From: Thermoprotei archaeon
GTDB lineage: Archaea; Thermoproteota; Thermoprotei_A; EX4484-217-1
Length of the DNA: 58,813 nt
NCBI GenBank assembly: GCA_021158265.1
Contig: JAGGUY010000015.1
Coordinates: 1 to 58,813, forward strand
Reading direction: 5' to 3'
Position 1 is the first letter of the stretch; each line of letters begins with the position of its first letter. The notes below the pieces were generated by a model. The model saw only the letters and a program-made list of their open reading frames with translations, searched no databases and had not been told where the DNA came from. Both the position numbers and the translations under genes were made by a program. This document shows positions 8,956 through 18,430 of this stretch, one piece after another.

Positions 8956-9117
8956 ATGGGCAAAGTTGTTGTTGTTTCGGTAAAAATGCCAAAAGAGCTA
9001 CTAAAAGAAATAGACCGCTTGGTTGAGAAGGGCATCTTTACATCTAGAAGCGAAGCCATACGAAGAGGAATAGCATTGCTAATTCGAAACTATAACAGAG
9101 CTGAAGCTTTAACCTAA
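8956..9117 (+). CDS. ribbon-helix-helix (CopG/MetJ-like) small DNA-binding protein, absent from the ORF track
   Basis: 53 codons translated by hand: MGKVVVVSVKMPKELLKEIDRLVEKGIFTSRSEAIRRGIALLIRNYNRAEALT; classic RHH pattern (beta strand, 'LLxxID', 'SRSEAIRxAI'); GAGGA lies upstream. Confidence 0.6.
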   Translation: MGKVVVVSVKMPKELLKEIDRLVEKGIFTSRSEAIRRGIALLIRNYNRAEALT

Positions 9118-9211
9118 AATTTTAGATAAGGCTTGCTAAAAGCATTTACAATAAACTTTTATTCTCACATTAATAATTAGCTAGCTAGTAAGCGGTATAC
9201 CGTGGTCTAAA

Positions 9212-9517
9212 ATGCTTACACTTAGACTTAGGGATGCTGAAAAAGTTCTCTCATCAATAAAATCTCTTAGAGAGGTTAAATTAGCAGACGAAGAGAAACT
9301 TGTTACATACTACTTTATAAAATACATTTCCGTAGGAGAGATTCTTGCTGAAAAAGAACTTAAAGCATTAGGAATAAGTAATCCTTTAAAGGTAATAAAA
9401 AATCTCATTTTGAAGGGTGTTTTAGAAAGGGGAGAAGGATGCTATAATTTAGCTAAGAACATTAGAGAAGAAGTCTTCTCCTTGAAAAGGAAACATAGAC
9501 TTCAGCTAAGATTTTAG
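9212..9517 (+). CDS. hypothetical protein, possible winged-helix
   Basis: 101-aa ORF; '[22 protein letters not shown]' looks like a wHTH recognition helix plus wing. Confidence 0.4.
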   Translation: MLTLRLRDAEKVLSSIKSLREVKLADEEKLVTYYFIKYISVGEILAEKELKALGISNPLKVIKNLILKGVLERGEGCYNLAKNIREEVFSLKRKHRLQLRF

Positions 9518-9521
9518 CCCT

Positions 9522-10298
9522 CTAACCTAATTTATACTTCGCTCCTTCATGTTCAATAACATCTCCATGATTAACAATAACTTCGTCTTTTCTAGAGGTT
9601 CTAACGATTAATCCTCCCTTATTTGTAATGTCGCAAACAATTCCTTCAATAATTTCCTCATTAACTTTAATTTTTACCTTCCTACCTAAACTAAAACAGT
9701 ATCTTTTATACGCTTCAATAATTTCGAAAGCTGTATATTCCTTGAGAAAACGTTCTATGTTAACAACTATTTTCTCGAGTATCTCCTTTCTAGAAACCCT
9801 TCTACCTAAAATTTCTCTTAACGAAATGGTACCTTCTACGCCTAAATCTAACGAGCTATTATTACAGTTAATTCCTATTCCAACTAAGCTTATGATTTCG
9901 TTGTCGTAAATTAGGTTTTCAACAAGTATTCCTCCAAGCTTAAAACCCAAATAGACAACGTCATTAGGCCATTTAAGTTGAATATTGAGACCATAAAGTT
10001 CTTTTAGACTTACCGTTACAGCTAAACCTGCAATAATGCTTGTTAGTTCAAGTTTGTCTCTAGGTATAGGGGTGACTATTGTTGTCCATAGCCCCCCTCT
10101 AGGGGAAACCCATTTTCTTCCTTTCCTACCCCTCCCTCTAACTTGTTCTTCAGCAACAATTACTGCTCGAAAATATTTCCCGAATTCTAGTGCTTCTCTA
10201 GCAAAATCCATAGTTGAGAACGTCTTTCTTAAATAGAATATCTCGTAGCCTAAATTACGTAGTAGTATGCTATTCTCTATTTCTTTCAAATTATCCAT
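9522..10298 (-). CDS. birA: biotin--protein ligase (group I, no N-terminal HTH)
   Basis: 258-aa ORF; 'QVRGRGRKGRKWVSPRGGLW' is the BPL biotin/ATP-binding signature; divergent from accC. Confidence 0.8.
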   Translation of the reverse strand: MDNLKEIENSILLRNLGYEIFYLRKTFSTMDFAREALEFGKYFRAVIVAEEQVRGRGRKGRKWVSPRGGLWTTIVTPIPRDKLELTSIIAGLAVTVSLKELYGLNIQLKWPNDVVYLGFKLGGILVENLIYDNEIISLVGIGINCNNSSLDLGVEGTISLREILGRRVSRKEILEKIVVNIERFLKEYTAFEIIEAYKRYCFSLGRKVKIKVNEEIIEGIVCDITNKGGLIVRTSRKDEVIVNHGDVIEHEGAKYKLG

Positions 10299-10451
10299 TA
10301 CGTCACCTAATGAATATTTTTATTCGTCTATTGTCGAAATTATTAATATTGTGCTAAATAGTTTTCTACTAGCAAGTATGTTTGTTTTTACGAAAAAACT
10401 TTTTGAAGCAGGGGAATCAGCTAGCGCTTAGGGAGTGGTGAAGCATTAGCG

Positions 10452-11954
10452 TTGCTATTCAATAAAATATTGATTGCTAATAGAGGAGAAATTGCTGTTA
10501 GAATTATAAGAGCCGCTAGAGAGCTTGGTATCAAGACAGTTACCATTTACACTAAAGAGGATGCATCGGCTCTTCACGTAATTCTATCTGATGAAGCATA
10601 TAAAGTTTCAAGCTACATAAACATGGATGAAATAATGGATGTAGCGTTAAAATCTAAAGTAGACGCTATTCATCCAGGCTACGGATTTTTAGCGGAAAAC
10701 CCTATCTTTGCAAGTAAAGTCGTAAAGGAGGGCATAGTTTTCATAGGTCCCGAACCTGAGGCCATGGTTTTAGCAGGCAATAAGCTTGAATCGAAGAAAT
10801 CAGCTATTAAAGCTGATGTTCCGGTAATTCCTGGACCACTAGAGCCCATATCTAGTGTAAAAGAGGCTGAGAAAATAGCGGAAGAGCTAGGATATCCAGT
10901 ATTGCTGAAGGCTGTAGGTGGTGGAGGAGGTATAGGGATGAGAATAGTAAGAAACAGAGAGGAACTACACGAGTACTTCAGGCTTGCTCAACAAGAAGCT
11001 TACAAAGCATTTGCTATTCCGGATATTTACATTGAAAAGTACATTGACAAACCACGGCATATCGAAGTCCAAATACTAGCTGACAACTATGGTAACGTAA
11101 TACATCTTTTCGAAAGAGAATGCTCTATTCAACGGCGCTTCCAAAAGCTAATAGAGGAAGCTCCATCAAAAGCTCTGATGTGGGATGAAAGATTAGAAAT
11201 TGCGAATGACGCTATAAGGTTAGCCGAAAAAATAGGCTATACGAATGTTGGAACAGTAGAATTTCTCTATAAAAATGGAAAACACTACTTCATAGAAATA
11301 AACGCTAGATTGCAAGTTGAGCACGGAGTAACGGAAATGATTACTGGAATAGACATTGTAAAAGCACAAATGAGAATAGCAGCGGATAAACCATTAAACC
11401 TAGGTCAGGGGCAAATATCGATAAAGGGATGGGCAATTGAAGTTAGAATAAATGCTGAAGACCCCTTAAGAAACTTTGCTCCATCGTCGGGTAAGATTAT
11501 TAAGTACCATGAGCCAGGAGGGTTCGGTGTTAGAGTTGATAGTGGAGTTTATGAGGGATACATTATTCCACAAGCATTCAACCCCCTAATTTCAAAACTT
11601 ATCGTTTGGGGTGAAAATAGGAGAGAAGCAATAGAAAGGCTAAGAAGAGCACTCATAGAATACATAGTTGAAGGAGTGAGAACAACAATTCCTCTTTACA
11701 AGAAAATAGCTGAGGATGCGGATTTCATTGAAGGCAACATACACACTAAATATCTAGATGAAAAGCTACCTAAATTCATAGGCGAATTAAGCATTGAAGA
11801 GAGAAAAAGAATAATAGCTGCATCGTTGGCTTTTAAAATTAGAAAAACTAAGGCTAGAAAAAGCATTAGCCGAATTAGGTATGAAGAATACAAGAGCTCA
11901 CGCAACTTAAACGCTTGGAAACTTTCCACTCTATGCAACAATAATGTTTACTAA
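10452..11954 (+). CDS. accC: biotin carboxylase subunit of acetyl/propionyl-CoA carboxylase
   Basis: 500-aa ORF with a TTG start; 'ILIANRGEIAVRIIRA', ATP-grasp 'GGGGIGMRIV', 'EINARLQVEHGVTE'. Confidence 0.9.
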   Translation: MLFNKILIANRGEIAVRIIRAARELGIKTVTIYTKEDASALHVILSDEAYKVSSYINMDEIMDVALKSKVDAIHPGYGFLAENPIFASKVVKEGIVFIGPEPEAMVLAGNKLESKKSAIKADVPVIPGPLEPISSVKEAEKIAEELGYPVLLKAVGGGGGIGMRIVRNREELHEYFRLAQQEAYKAFAIPDIYIEKYIDKPRHIEVQILADNYGNVIHLFERECSIQRRFQKLIEEAPSKALMWDERLEIANDAIRLAEKIGYTNVGTVEFLYKNGKHYFIEINARLQVEHGVTEMITGIDIVKAQMRIAADKPLNLGQGQISIKGWAIEVRINAEDPLRNFAPSSGKIIKYHEPGGFGVRVDSGVYEGYIIPQAFNPLISKLIVWGENRREAIERLRRALIEYIVEGVRTTIPLYKKIAEDADFIEGNIHTKYLDEKLPKFIGELSIEERKRIIAASLAFKIRKTKARKSISRIRYEEYKSSRNLNAWKLSTLCNNNVY

Positions 11955-11977
11955 TATAGCGTTGGTGAAGGGAGACT

Positions 11978-12517
11978 ATGACACGTCGAATTATAGCTAA
12001 ATGTTTTGATGACGAATATTCCTTTACAATAGAGAAGCAGGAAAGCAATAGGTTTCTCATATTAGACGAAGTTTTAGGTAAGATAAATGCTGAGGTGAAA
12101 TATTTAGATGAGTTAAGAGCTGAAGTAGTAATAGATGGTAAGAAATACGTTGTCGTAATAGACGAAGACAAGAACATCGCTTATGTAAATGGGGTACCAA
12201 CTAAAATTACAGTTCTAGAGTTTTTAGAAACAAAAGCAACAAATTATGAGCTAATAAGTAATAATCGAAGAAATAATCGTGAGGAAACTCTCGGGGAAAT
12301 TAAGGCCCCACTTAGTGGTAAAATAGTTTCTGTTAAGGTGTCAGTAGGTGAGAAGGTAAGTAAGGGAGAAACGCTTCTGATAATGGAGTCCATGAAAATG
12401 CTTAACGAGATAAAATCACCCTATGATGGTGAAGTGAAAAACATTTTCGTAAAGGATGGTGACAGTGTTAAGAAAAACCAGTTGCTACTTAAAATAGAGC
12501 CTAAAAACACTTCTTAG
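11978..12517 (+). CDS. accB: biotin carboxyl carrier protein
   Basis: 179-aa ORF; biotinyl-lysine motif 'LIMESMKMLNEI' in a C-terminal lipoyl-like domain. Confidence 0.85.
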   Translation: MTRRIIAKCFDDEYSFTIEKQESNRFLILDEVLGKINAEVKYLDELRAEVVIDGKKYVVVIDEDKNIAYVNGVPTKITVLEFLETKATNYELISNNRRNNREETLGEIKAPLSGKIVSVKVSVGEKVSKGETLLIMESMKMLNEIKSPYDGEVKNIFVKDGDSVKKNQLLLKIEPKNTS

Positions 12518-14085
12518 AGCGGAATATTACCATGTTTTCTGGGAAGTCTTATCTCCCTTTTGTTCCTTAATGTTTCAAACGCTTTAATGATCATAGGTCT
12601 CGTCATACGAGGCTCTATTACGTCATCTATTAACCCTAATTCCGCAGCCCTATACGGATTTGCAAAGACTTTCCTATACTCCCTTAATCTCCTCCTAAAT
12701 AACTCTTCAGGATTCTCTGAAGCTTCAAGCTCCTTCCTAAATATTATTTTAACTGCACCCTCAGGGCCCATAACCGCTATTTCGGCTGTAGGCCAAGCAT
12801 AAACAATATCTGCACCTAAACTCTTAGAACCCATGGCAATGTAGGCTCCGCCATAGGCTTTTCTAAGAACTATAGTCACTTTAGGTACCGTAGCTTCAGC
12901 ATACGCATAAACTAGCTTTGCACCATGCTTTATTATTCCTCCATGTTCCTGATCTACGCCCGGCATGTAGCCTGGAACATCAACTAGCATCAATATCGGT
13001 ATATTAAATGAATCACAAAACCTTACAAAGCGAGCAGCTTTTGCTGAAGCATTAATGTCTAAAACTCCTGCTAAATGTTTTGGCTGATTCGCAACAATAC
13101 ATGTTGAGTACCCGTTAAATCTACCAAAACCAATGACTATGTTTGGAGCAAAGTCTCTATGTACCTCTAGGAACCTCCCATCATCAACTATTCTAAGTAT
13201 GATATCTCTCACATCATATGGTTCAGAAGGATCCGTAGGTACAATATTATTAAGTTCTTCATCTTCTCTATCAATAGGATCTTCCGTTTCAACATAAGGA
13301 GGTTCCTCCATATTATTTGAAGGTATATAGGAAAGAAGTTCTCTAACAATTTCAAAAGCTTCATCCTCACTATCCGCTATGAAATGAGCAACACCGCTTT
13401 TAGCTGCGTGAACCTCAGCTCCACCAAGTTCCTCAAATGTTACTTCTTCGCCTGTAACAGCTTTTACAACTTGAGGTCCTGTTATGAACATGTATGATAT
13501 TTTCTTAACCATAATTATAAAATCCGTTAATGCTGGAGAATACGATGCTCCACCAGCACATGGACCCAATATTAACGATATTTGAGGAATTATTCCTGAA
13601 GCTTTAACATTCATTCTAAAAATTCTTCCAAAACCATCTAATGCGGCAACTCCTTCCTGAATTCTAGCGCCACCTGAATCATAAAGTCCTATAAGTGGAG
13701 AACCTGTTTTAAGCGCTAAGTCGATTATTGCCTCTATTTTCTTAGCGTGCATCTCACCAAGAGAACCGCCCATTACCGTAAAGTCCTGGGAAAAAACATA
13801 AACTCTCCTACCATTTATTGTACCAAAGCCTGTGATTACGCCATCTCCTAAGTACTTAACCTTATCCATACCAAAATATGTGCTCCTATGAACAACAAAG
13901 GGCTGTAATTCGACGAAAGATTCTGGATCAAGCAGTTTCTCCAGCCTTTCCCTAGCTGTTAATTTGCCTTTCATTTTCTGTCTCTTTATTCTTTCAGGTC
14001 CTCCGCCCATACATGCTGTTTCTTTAAGTTTTCTAAGTTCATTTATTAAGTCATTTATTGTGGGCTGTTTCTCCTGATATTCCAT
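12514..14085 (-). CDS. pccB: acyl-CoA carboxylase carboxyltransferase (beta) subunit
   Basis: 523-aa ORF with PccB/AccD5-like content throughout ('GGGPERIKRQKMKGKLTARERL', 'GPCAGGASYSPALTDF'); 4-nt 3' overlap with accB. Confidence 0.9.
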   Translation of the reverse strand: MEYQEKQPTINDLINELRKLKETACMGGGPERIKRQKMKGKLTARERLEKLLDPESFVELQPFVVHRSTYFGMDKVKYLGDGVITGFGTINGRRVYVFSQDFTVMGGSLGEMHAKKIEAIIDLALKTGSPLIGLYDSGGARIQEGVAALDGFGRIFRMNVKASGIIPQISLILGPCAGGASYSPALTDFIIMVKKISYMFITGPQVVKAVTGEEVTFEELGGAEVHAAKSGVAHFIADSEDEAFEIVRELLSYIPSNNMEEPPYVETEDPIDREDEELNNIVPTDPSEPYDVRDIILRIVDDGRFLEVHRDFAPNIVIGFGRFNGYSTCIVANQPKHLAGVLDINASAKAARFVRFCDSFNIPILMLVDVPGYMPGVDQEHGGIIKHGAKLVYAYAEATVPKVTIVLRKAYGGAYIAMGSKSLGADIVYAWPTAEIAVMGPEGAVKIIFRKELEASENPEELFRRRLREYRKVFANPYRAAELGLIDDVIEPRMTRPMIIKAFETLRNKREIRLPRKHGNIPL

Positions 14086-14170
14086 ATCTAAACACCATAC
14101 ACTATTTGATTGATACTAAGAAGTAATGTATTTAAATTATAGGATACAATAAGCCAATATTAACTTCTGC

Positions 14171-15049
14171 TTAAACTCTGGGTTTAAACGCTATGACACC
14201 TTGCGATATAGGATCTACTCTAATATAGAACCCTACTCTCCTTAATCTTTCAGCAACGCCTTTAGTAATGCTTACTCTACGCTTCCCCCCTGGAGTTCCC
14301 GTGTAATGGAACAATACTCCGCCAGGCTTAAGTTTTCGATAGAGTTTACGGTAAAAACTTTCGCTATAAAGATGGCCAGATAAAGAGAACCTAGGTGGAT
14401 CATGGATTATTCTATCAAAAGCTTCATCCTCAAAAACATCTACTACGTCGTAAACATCACCTAAAAATATGGTTATTCTTTTATCCTCAAGAAACCTAGA
14501 CCATGGATTTAGCTGACTAAGGGCGAGAACATTCTCATCAATCTCTACGGTATAAACTTTTGAAGCACCAAATCTTAAACTGCCTATAGCAGTATATCCT
14601 AAACCTGTGCATGTATCTAAAACCACATGGCTTCTCTTAATTCGGGCTCTTTTGACCTTTATTAGAGAGTCTTTCCATGGATCAATGTCCTTAATCCTAT
14701 GCATATGAATTCCACTAATCTCAATTGTGGGTGCTTTGTTAGGATATGGAGCTTTTAATTTGTAGAACCTATTTTTAGTTGGAATCGAAAGTTCTAAGAA
14801 TTCATCACCTATTAACGCATAAACACAATCATCCTTTATTCTCATGTTTACAATTCCATTTAGTTTAAGTTTGGTGTTATACTCTTCGAAATAAATAACA
14901 TTAGAGTCTTTAATGATTCTAGATACTGAAATACCTAAATCTAATGAAATATATTTTTCAAGAAATTTCTCATGAAGAAGTTCTTTTAACAATTTTCCGG
15001 GGATTAAAGGGACATTTCTGTATTTATATTGGAAGATTTCAAGGAGCAT
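14171..15049 (-). CDS. class I SAM-dependent methyltransferase (archaeal COG2521-like, probable RNA MTase)
   Basis: 292-aa ORF; motif I 'VLDTCTGLGYTA', motif IV-like 'IIHDPPRF'. Confidence 0.65.
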   Translation of the reverse strand: MLLEIFQYKYRNVPLIPGKLLKELLHEKFLEKYISLDLGISVSRIIKDSNVIYFEEYNTKLKLNGIVNMRIKDDCVYALIGDEFLELSIPTKNRFYKLKAPYPNKAPTIEISGIHMHRIKDIDPWKDSLIKVKRARIKRSHVVLDTCTGLGYTAIGSLRFGASKVYTVEIDENVLALSQLNPWSRFLEDKRITIFLGDVYDVVDVFEDEAFDRIIHDPPRFSLSGHLYSESFYRKLYRKLKPGGVLFHYTGTPGGKRRVSITKGVAERLRRVGFYIRVDPISQGVIAFKPRV

Positions 15050-15059
15050 TGTTTATCGC

Positions 15060-15770
15060 TTATGTTCTCTTCTCTTCTAATTCTCTAATTTGCTTTTCAA
15101 GTCCGCTTAAGATCTCGTTTATTCTTTTTTCAAAAGCTAGTTTGTAAAGTAGTATTTTTGCTCTTCTCCTTATGGCTCTGTAATTTCTAGTTCTCGGCAA
15201 AACACCTTTCCTTTTAAGCGAACTTATTCTCTCGAGTAGTTGATTAAGGTCTAGGTTTAAGCTTTGAGCTGCATCAGCTAATGTTGGATTCCCCGCTAAA
15301 GCTTTAAGAACCACTGTTTCTTCACTACTAAGTTCAGGAAGCGGTGTTAGGAGAGTTGTTAAATAATCATCAATAACGTTTTCAACAGACTCTTTAACTA
15401 TAATTTCTAGTTCTTCGGAATCAACAAGGAACTGATCACTTAATTCAATAACTTTTACTTCAAGCTGATCAGCGGTTGCTTTTGCGGCATCGTCGATAAA
15501 GCCTTTACATATCACTAAGGGCTTTAAACCTAGGAGTTTAGCGTTAGTATATGCTTGCCTAACCCCTGAGACATCTAGCCTACCTGCTTTAATTTCTACA
15601 GCATATCTTGTTCCTGAAGGGTCCTCAGCTATGGCGTCAACTTCTGCTACATCAACGCCTTTTAACGTGATCTTCTTATGAACATCAACTATTCTATAGC
15701 CTAAGTCTTCAAGTACTGAAAGAGCTATTCTTTCACTACTTCTCCATTTAGCCTTTGAAGATATGGTTAA
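15060..15770 (-). CDS. PD-(D/E)xK nuclease-like domain fused to an HTH/coiled-coil C-terminus; start codon unresolved
   Basis: Stop-to-stop frame; the 85 codons upstream of the track's GTG (15515) encode 'SSERIALSVLEDLGY..VDAIAEDPSGTRYAVEIKAG' (E..D..ExK core); C-terminal HTH-like 'LADAAQSLNLDLNQLLERISSLKRKG'; GAGGTGAT SD at 15776-15783, but no ATG/GTG/TTG before 15515. Confidence 0.5.
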   Translation of the reverse strand, partial: LTISSKAKWRSSERIALSVLEDLGYRIVDVHKKITLKGVDVAEVDAIAEDPSGTRYAVEIKAGRLDVSGVRQAYTNAKLLGLKPLVICKGFIDDAAKATADQLEVKVIELSDQFLVDSEELEIIVKESVENVIDDYLTTLLTPLPELSSEETVVLKALAGNPTLADAAQSLNLDLNQLLERISSLKRKGVLPRTRNYRAIRRRAKILLYKLAFEKRINEILSGLEKQIRELEEKRT

Positions 15771-15842
15771 GTCTTATCACCTCATTCCAGAGAGAAGCTT
15801 TTAAATTAAGGCTTATATTTTTACCTCAATGGGAGATTTCTA

Positions 15843-16514
15843 ATGTGTTTACACGGTAAAGACCCCGTAGTAGCATTAGCATTAATACTCACTTTTGCTG
15901 AAAAGAATTATGGAAAATATGTTGAAGAGGTAATGGAGAGTATTAAGAAAAGAAGCTTATTTGAACAGCTCATAGCTACCATAATTTCTCAAAACACTAA
16001 CTGGAAAAACACTAAAAGAGCTCTTCATAATCTTAGAGAATATTTTGCTAAAATATCTCCTGAAAAAATAGCTAAGGTGGATTTAGAAACTTTAGAGAGA
16101 CTCTTGAAGCCTGCGGGGCTATATAAAGTAAAGTCTAAGGTAATTAAGGATTTAGCTAACGAAATAATTAGGAGGAAGCTTTTAGAGATTAAGAACGCTG
16201 AAAGGCTTCGTAATGAGCTGTTAAAAATAAGAGGCATAGGTCCTAAAACAGTTGATGTAGTACTGGCTTTCTCATTAAATGAACCGATTCTCCCTGTTGA
16301 CACCCATATTAGAAGAATAAGTTTAAGAATAGGTTTGACATCGTCGAGAAAGTACTATGATATAAGGCGCTCTTTAGAAAGAAGTATTCCCTCAAAGTAT
16401 AGGGTTAAAGCTCATCTTCTCTTAATAAGTTTTGGAAGAAATGTTTGTAGGTCAAGGGAACCTCTTTGCTGGGCTTGTCCGGCTTCGAAATATTGTTTAT
16501 CGTCAAGAGTTTAA
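15843..16514 (+). CDS. nth: endonuclease III-like HhH-GPD DNA glycosylase with a [4Fe-4S] loop
   Basis: 223-aa ORF; 'LIATIISQNTNWKN', HhH 'LLKIRGIGPKTVDVVL', 'PVDTHIRRISLRIGL', Cys loop 'CRSREPLCWACPASKYC'. Confidence 0.8.
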   Translation: MCLHGKDPVVALALILTFAEKNYGKYVEEVMESIKKRSLFEQLIATIISQNTNWKNTKRALHNLREYFAKISPEKIAKVDLETLERLLKPAGLYKVKSKVIKDLANEIIRRKLLEIKNAERLRNELLKIRGIGPKTVDVVLAFSLNEPILPVDTHIRRISLRIGLTSSRKYYDIRRSLERSIPSKYRVKAHLLLISFGRNVCRSREPLCWACPASKYCLSSRV

Positions 16515-17626
16515 CGTAGTCTCATTTCGCTTGTAAATGTCCTGCTTAACTTAGTCCAAACAACTCTAATAAACATGAGACCATGCTTAGTTAGCATTTG
16601 CTTCTTACAGGGGATCTCTATTTGAATTTCCTCTCCCGGCGTGAGCTCAGGGAGTCTCTGCCTAGAAACAACAACTCCTGTATCTATAACTAATAGCCAT
16701 GCTTTATCCGGTTTTGATGCCCCATTGTTCTTAATTGTTGCTATAACTTTTTCTTTCTCACCCTGTGATTCAAGTTTTGCATTAATTATGTCTAGTTTTG
16801 GCTTTAGCATGTACGTAATTGTAGCTAAAATTGTTGAAAGATTAACGTAGTCTCTTACTTGAATATTTGAGGTTTCATGCTGAATCTCTAGAATATTTTT
16901 AGGTTTTAAGTCTATGTTTTCAATGTAAAATTCTTCTGCACCTGTAATGTTGGCGGCATTGTAAATGTTTTTACCGTTTAAGAAGATTTTTGTTTCAGAA
17001 AGTTTTGACGAAACTATCATAACTCCTCTTAACTCTCCAAATCCCTCTATTAACTCGGATATTTCAAAAGGATATTTCACTGAAGTTTGAGGGGGTACGA
17101 GTATTGCTCCTGAACAGTATATGTAGGATGATTTTGCTTCAGATGCTTCATAAGTTACTATTAAATTCGCATGGTCTACAATGAGGTTTTCATTGCCATC
17201 ATATTTTATAGCTAATATGAGTTCTTCCCTAAATCCCTTAGCTTGAAGAACGGGTGTTACGTCGAAAAGTACTTTGCTAAAGAATTTGTCTTTCGCTTCA
17301 ACAGTTATCTGAGGTTTGAATTCTCTCGTAAGAGGGAACCCGTTAAACCAAACCCTCCACTTCACATTGTGTGGTTCGCTACTATGGGTGACAGCTATTT
17401 CGAGTGTAAGTTCTTTAATTTTTGCGTTAGAGGGTAATGGTACTTGGAAAGGTATGCTCCCACTTTTACTACTATATGTTACTCCAAGCTTTAAAGGACC
17501 TGAAGAAATCAATGTAACCTCGCCGTTTATAACACCTTTCTTTACAGTTAACATTTCGTTTATTGTCTTCGAAACCATGATATGAAACCCCTTATTCAAT
17601 ATCATAATATTTGGTAGAAAACGCAC
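16511..17626 (-). CDS. hypothetical beta-rich protein with a CARDB-like C-terminal module
   Basis: 371-aa ORF; the C-terminal 'VIATIKNNGASKPDKAWLLVIDTGVVVSRQRLPELTPGEEIQIEI' resembles CARDB/Ig-like repeats; no signal peptide seen; the start may be the internal Met at 'MVSKTINE'. Confidence 0.45.
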   Translation of the reverse strand: MRFLPNIMILNKGFHIMVSKTINEMLTVKKGVINGEVTLISSGPLKLGVTYSSKSGSIPFQVPLPSNAKIKELTLEIAVTHSSEPHNVKWRVWFNGFPLTREFKPQITVEAKDKFFSKVLFDVTPVLQAKGFREELILAIKYDGNENLIVDHANLIVTYEASEAKSSYIYCSGAILVPPQTSVKYPFEISELIEGFGELRGVMIVSSKLSETKIFLNGKNIYNAANITGAEEFYIENIDLKPKNILEIQHETSNIQVRDYVNLSTILATITYMLKPKLDIINAKLESQGEKEKVIATIKNNGASKPDKAWLLVIDTGVVVSRQRLPELTPGEEIQIEIPCKKQMLTKHGLMFIRVVWTKLSRTFTSEMRLR

Positions 17627-17635
17627 ACATATATT

Positions 17636-18430
17636 TTAGCCCTCTAGAATCTCAGCTTTATCTTTAACCAGATTTATTATTTTCTCCTTGGCTTCCTCAA
17701 CATATTTTCTTGCTTCTTCAAGGCTTTTACCGGATGATGTTATGTGAAGCTCTATTACTGGCTTATAGCCTTCAGAACCTTTAGGATGGCTCTTTATGTA
17801 AACTTTAATTACCTTCTTCATTACCTGATCTATGAATGGTGCTAAGCTTGATTCTGGAATCCCCTTTATGATTATCGTATCCTCATAGAATGCCAATTTT
17901 GGCCCTCTGTCTCTTAGTAATGACTCGACATATTTCTCAAACATTTCTTTCATTTCCCTTGGAACACCGGGTAATGCAATAATTAGTGATTTCCCTTTTT
18001 CAACAAGTATTCCGGGAGCTGACCCTGCAGGATTGGGTATGGGCTTTGCTTTTTCAGGCATTTTAGCAAGTTTTATCCTGTGCTTCGTTAGCTCTAAACC
18101 CATTTTCTCGTATTTTTCACGAACAAGTTTTAATGCTTCTTCATTCACAATCCATTTCATATTTAATGCATAGGCTAATGCTTCACTAGTCTTATCGTCA
18201 AATGTTGGTCCCAAACCTCCCGTAGTAATTATCACTTTCGCGTCTCTCGCTAATGCTTCTCTAATAGCAGACGAGATTTCCTCGATTTCGTCGGGAACTA
18301 CAGTTATTCTCCTAACCTTATATCCAAGTAATGTAAGTTTCCTTCCAAGCCATGTAGCATTAGTATTAACAGTTTTGCCTATAAGTAATTCGTTTCCTAT
18401 GCTAACTATCTCAGCCGTAAACATTTCCAC
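17636..18430 (-). CDS. CinA-N/MoCF-biosynthesis domain protein
   Basis: 264-aa ORF; 'AEIVSIGNELLIGKTVNTNATWL' and 'VIITTGGLGPTFDDKT' are hallmarks of the CinA/MoaB-like domain. Confidence 0.75.
   Translation of the reverse strand: MEMFTAEIVSIGNELLIGKTVNTNATWLGRKLTLLGYKVRRITVVPDEIEEISSAIREALARDAKVIITTGGLGPTFDDKTSEALAYALNMKWIVNEEALKLVREKYEKMGLELTKHRIKLAKMPEKAKPIPNPAGSAPGILVEKGKSLIIALPGVPREMKEMFEKYVESLLRDRGPKLAFYEDTIIIKGIPESSLAPFIDQVMKKVIKVYIKSHPKGSEGYKPVIELHITSSGKSLEEARKYVEEAKEKIINLVKDKAEILEG

Noticed and set aside
14171-15770. Nuclease-like gene plus methyltransferase as a restriction-modification pair
   Set aside because: The MTase motif IV is 'DPPRF' and its layout resembles the widely conserved archaeal COG2521 (RNA-type) methyltransferases rather than DNA N6A/N4C enzymes. 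The nuclease-HTH protein also resembles a conserved archaeal family, so a housekeeping role is more likely.
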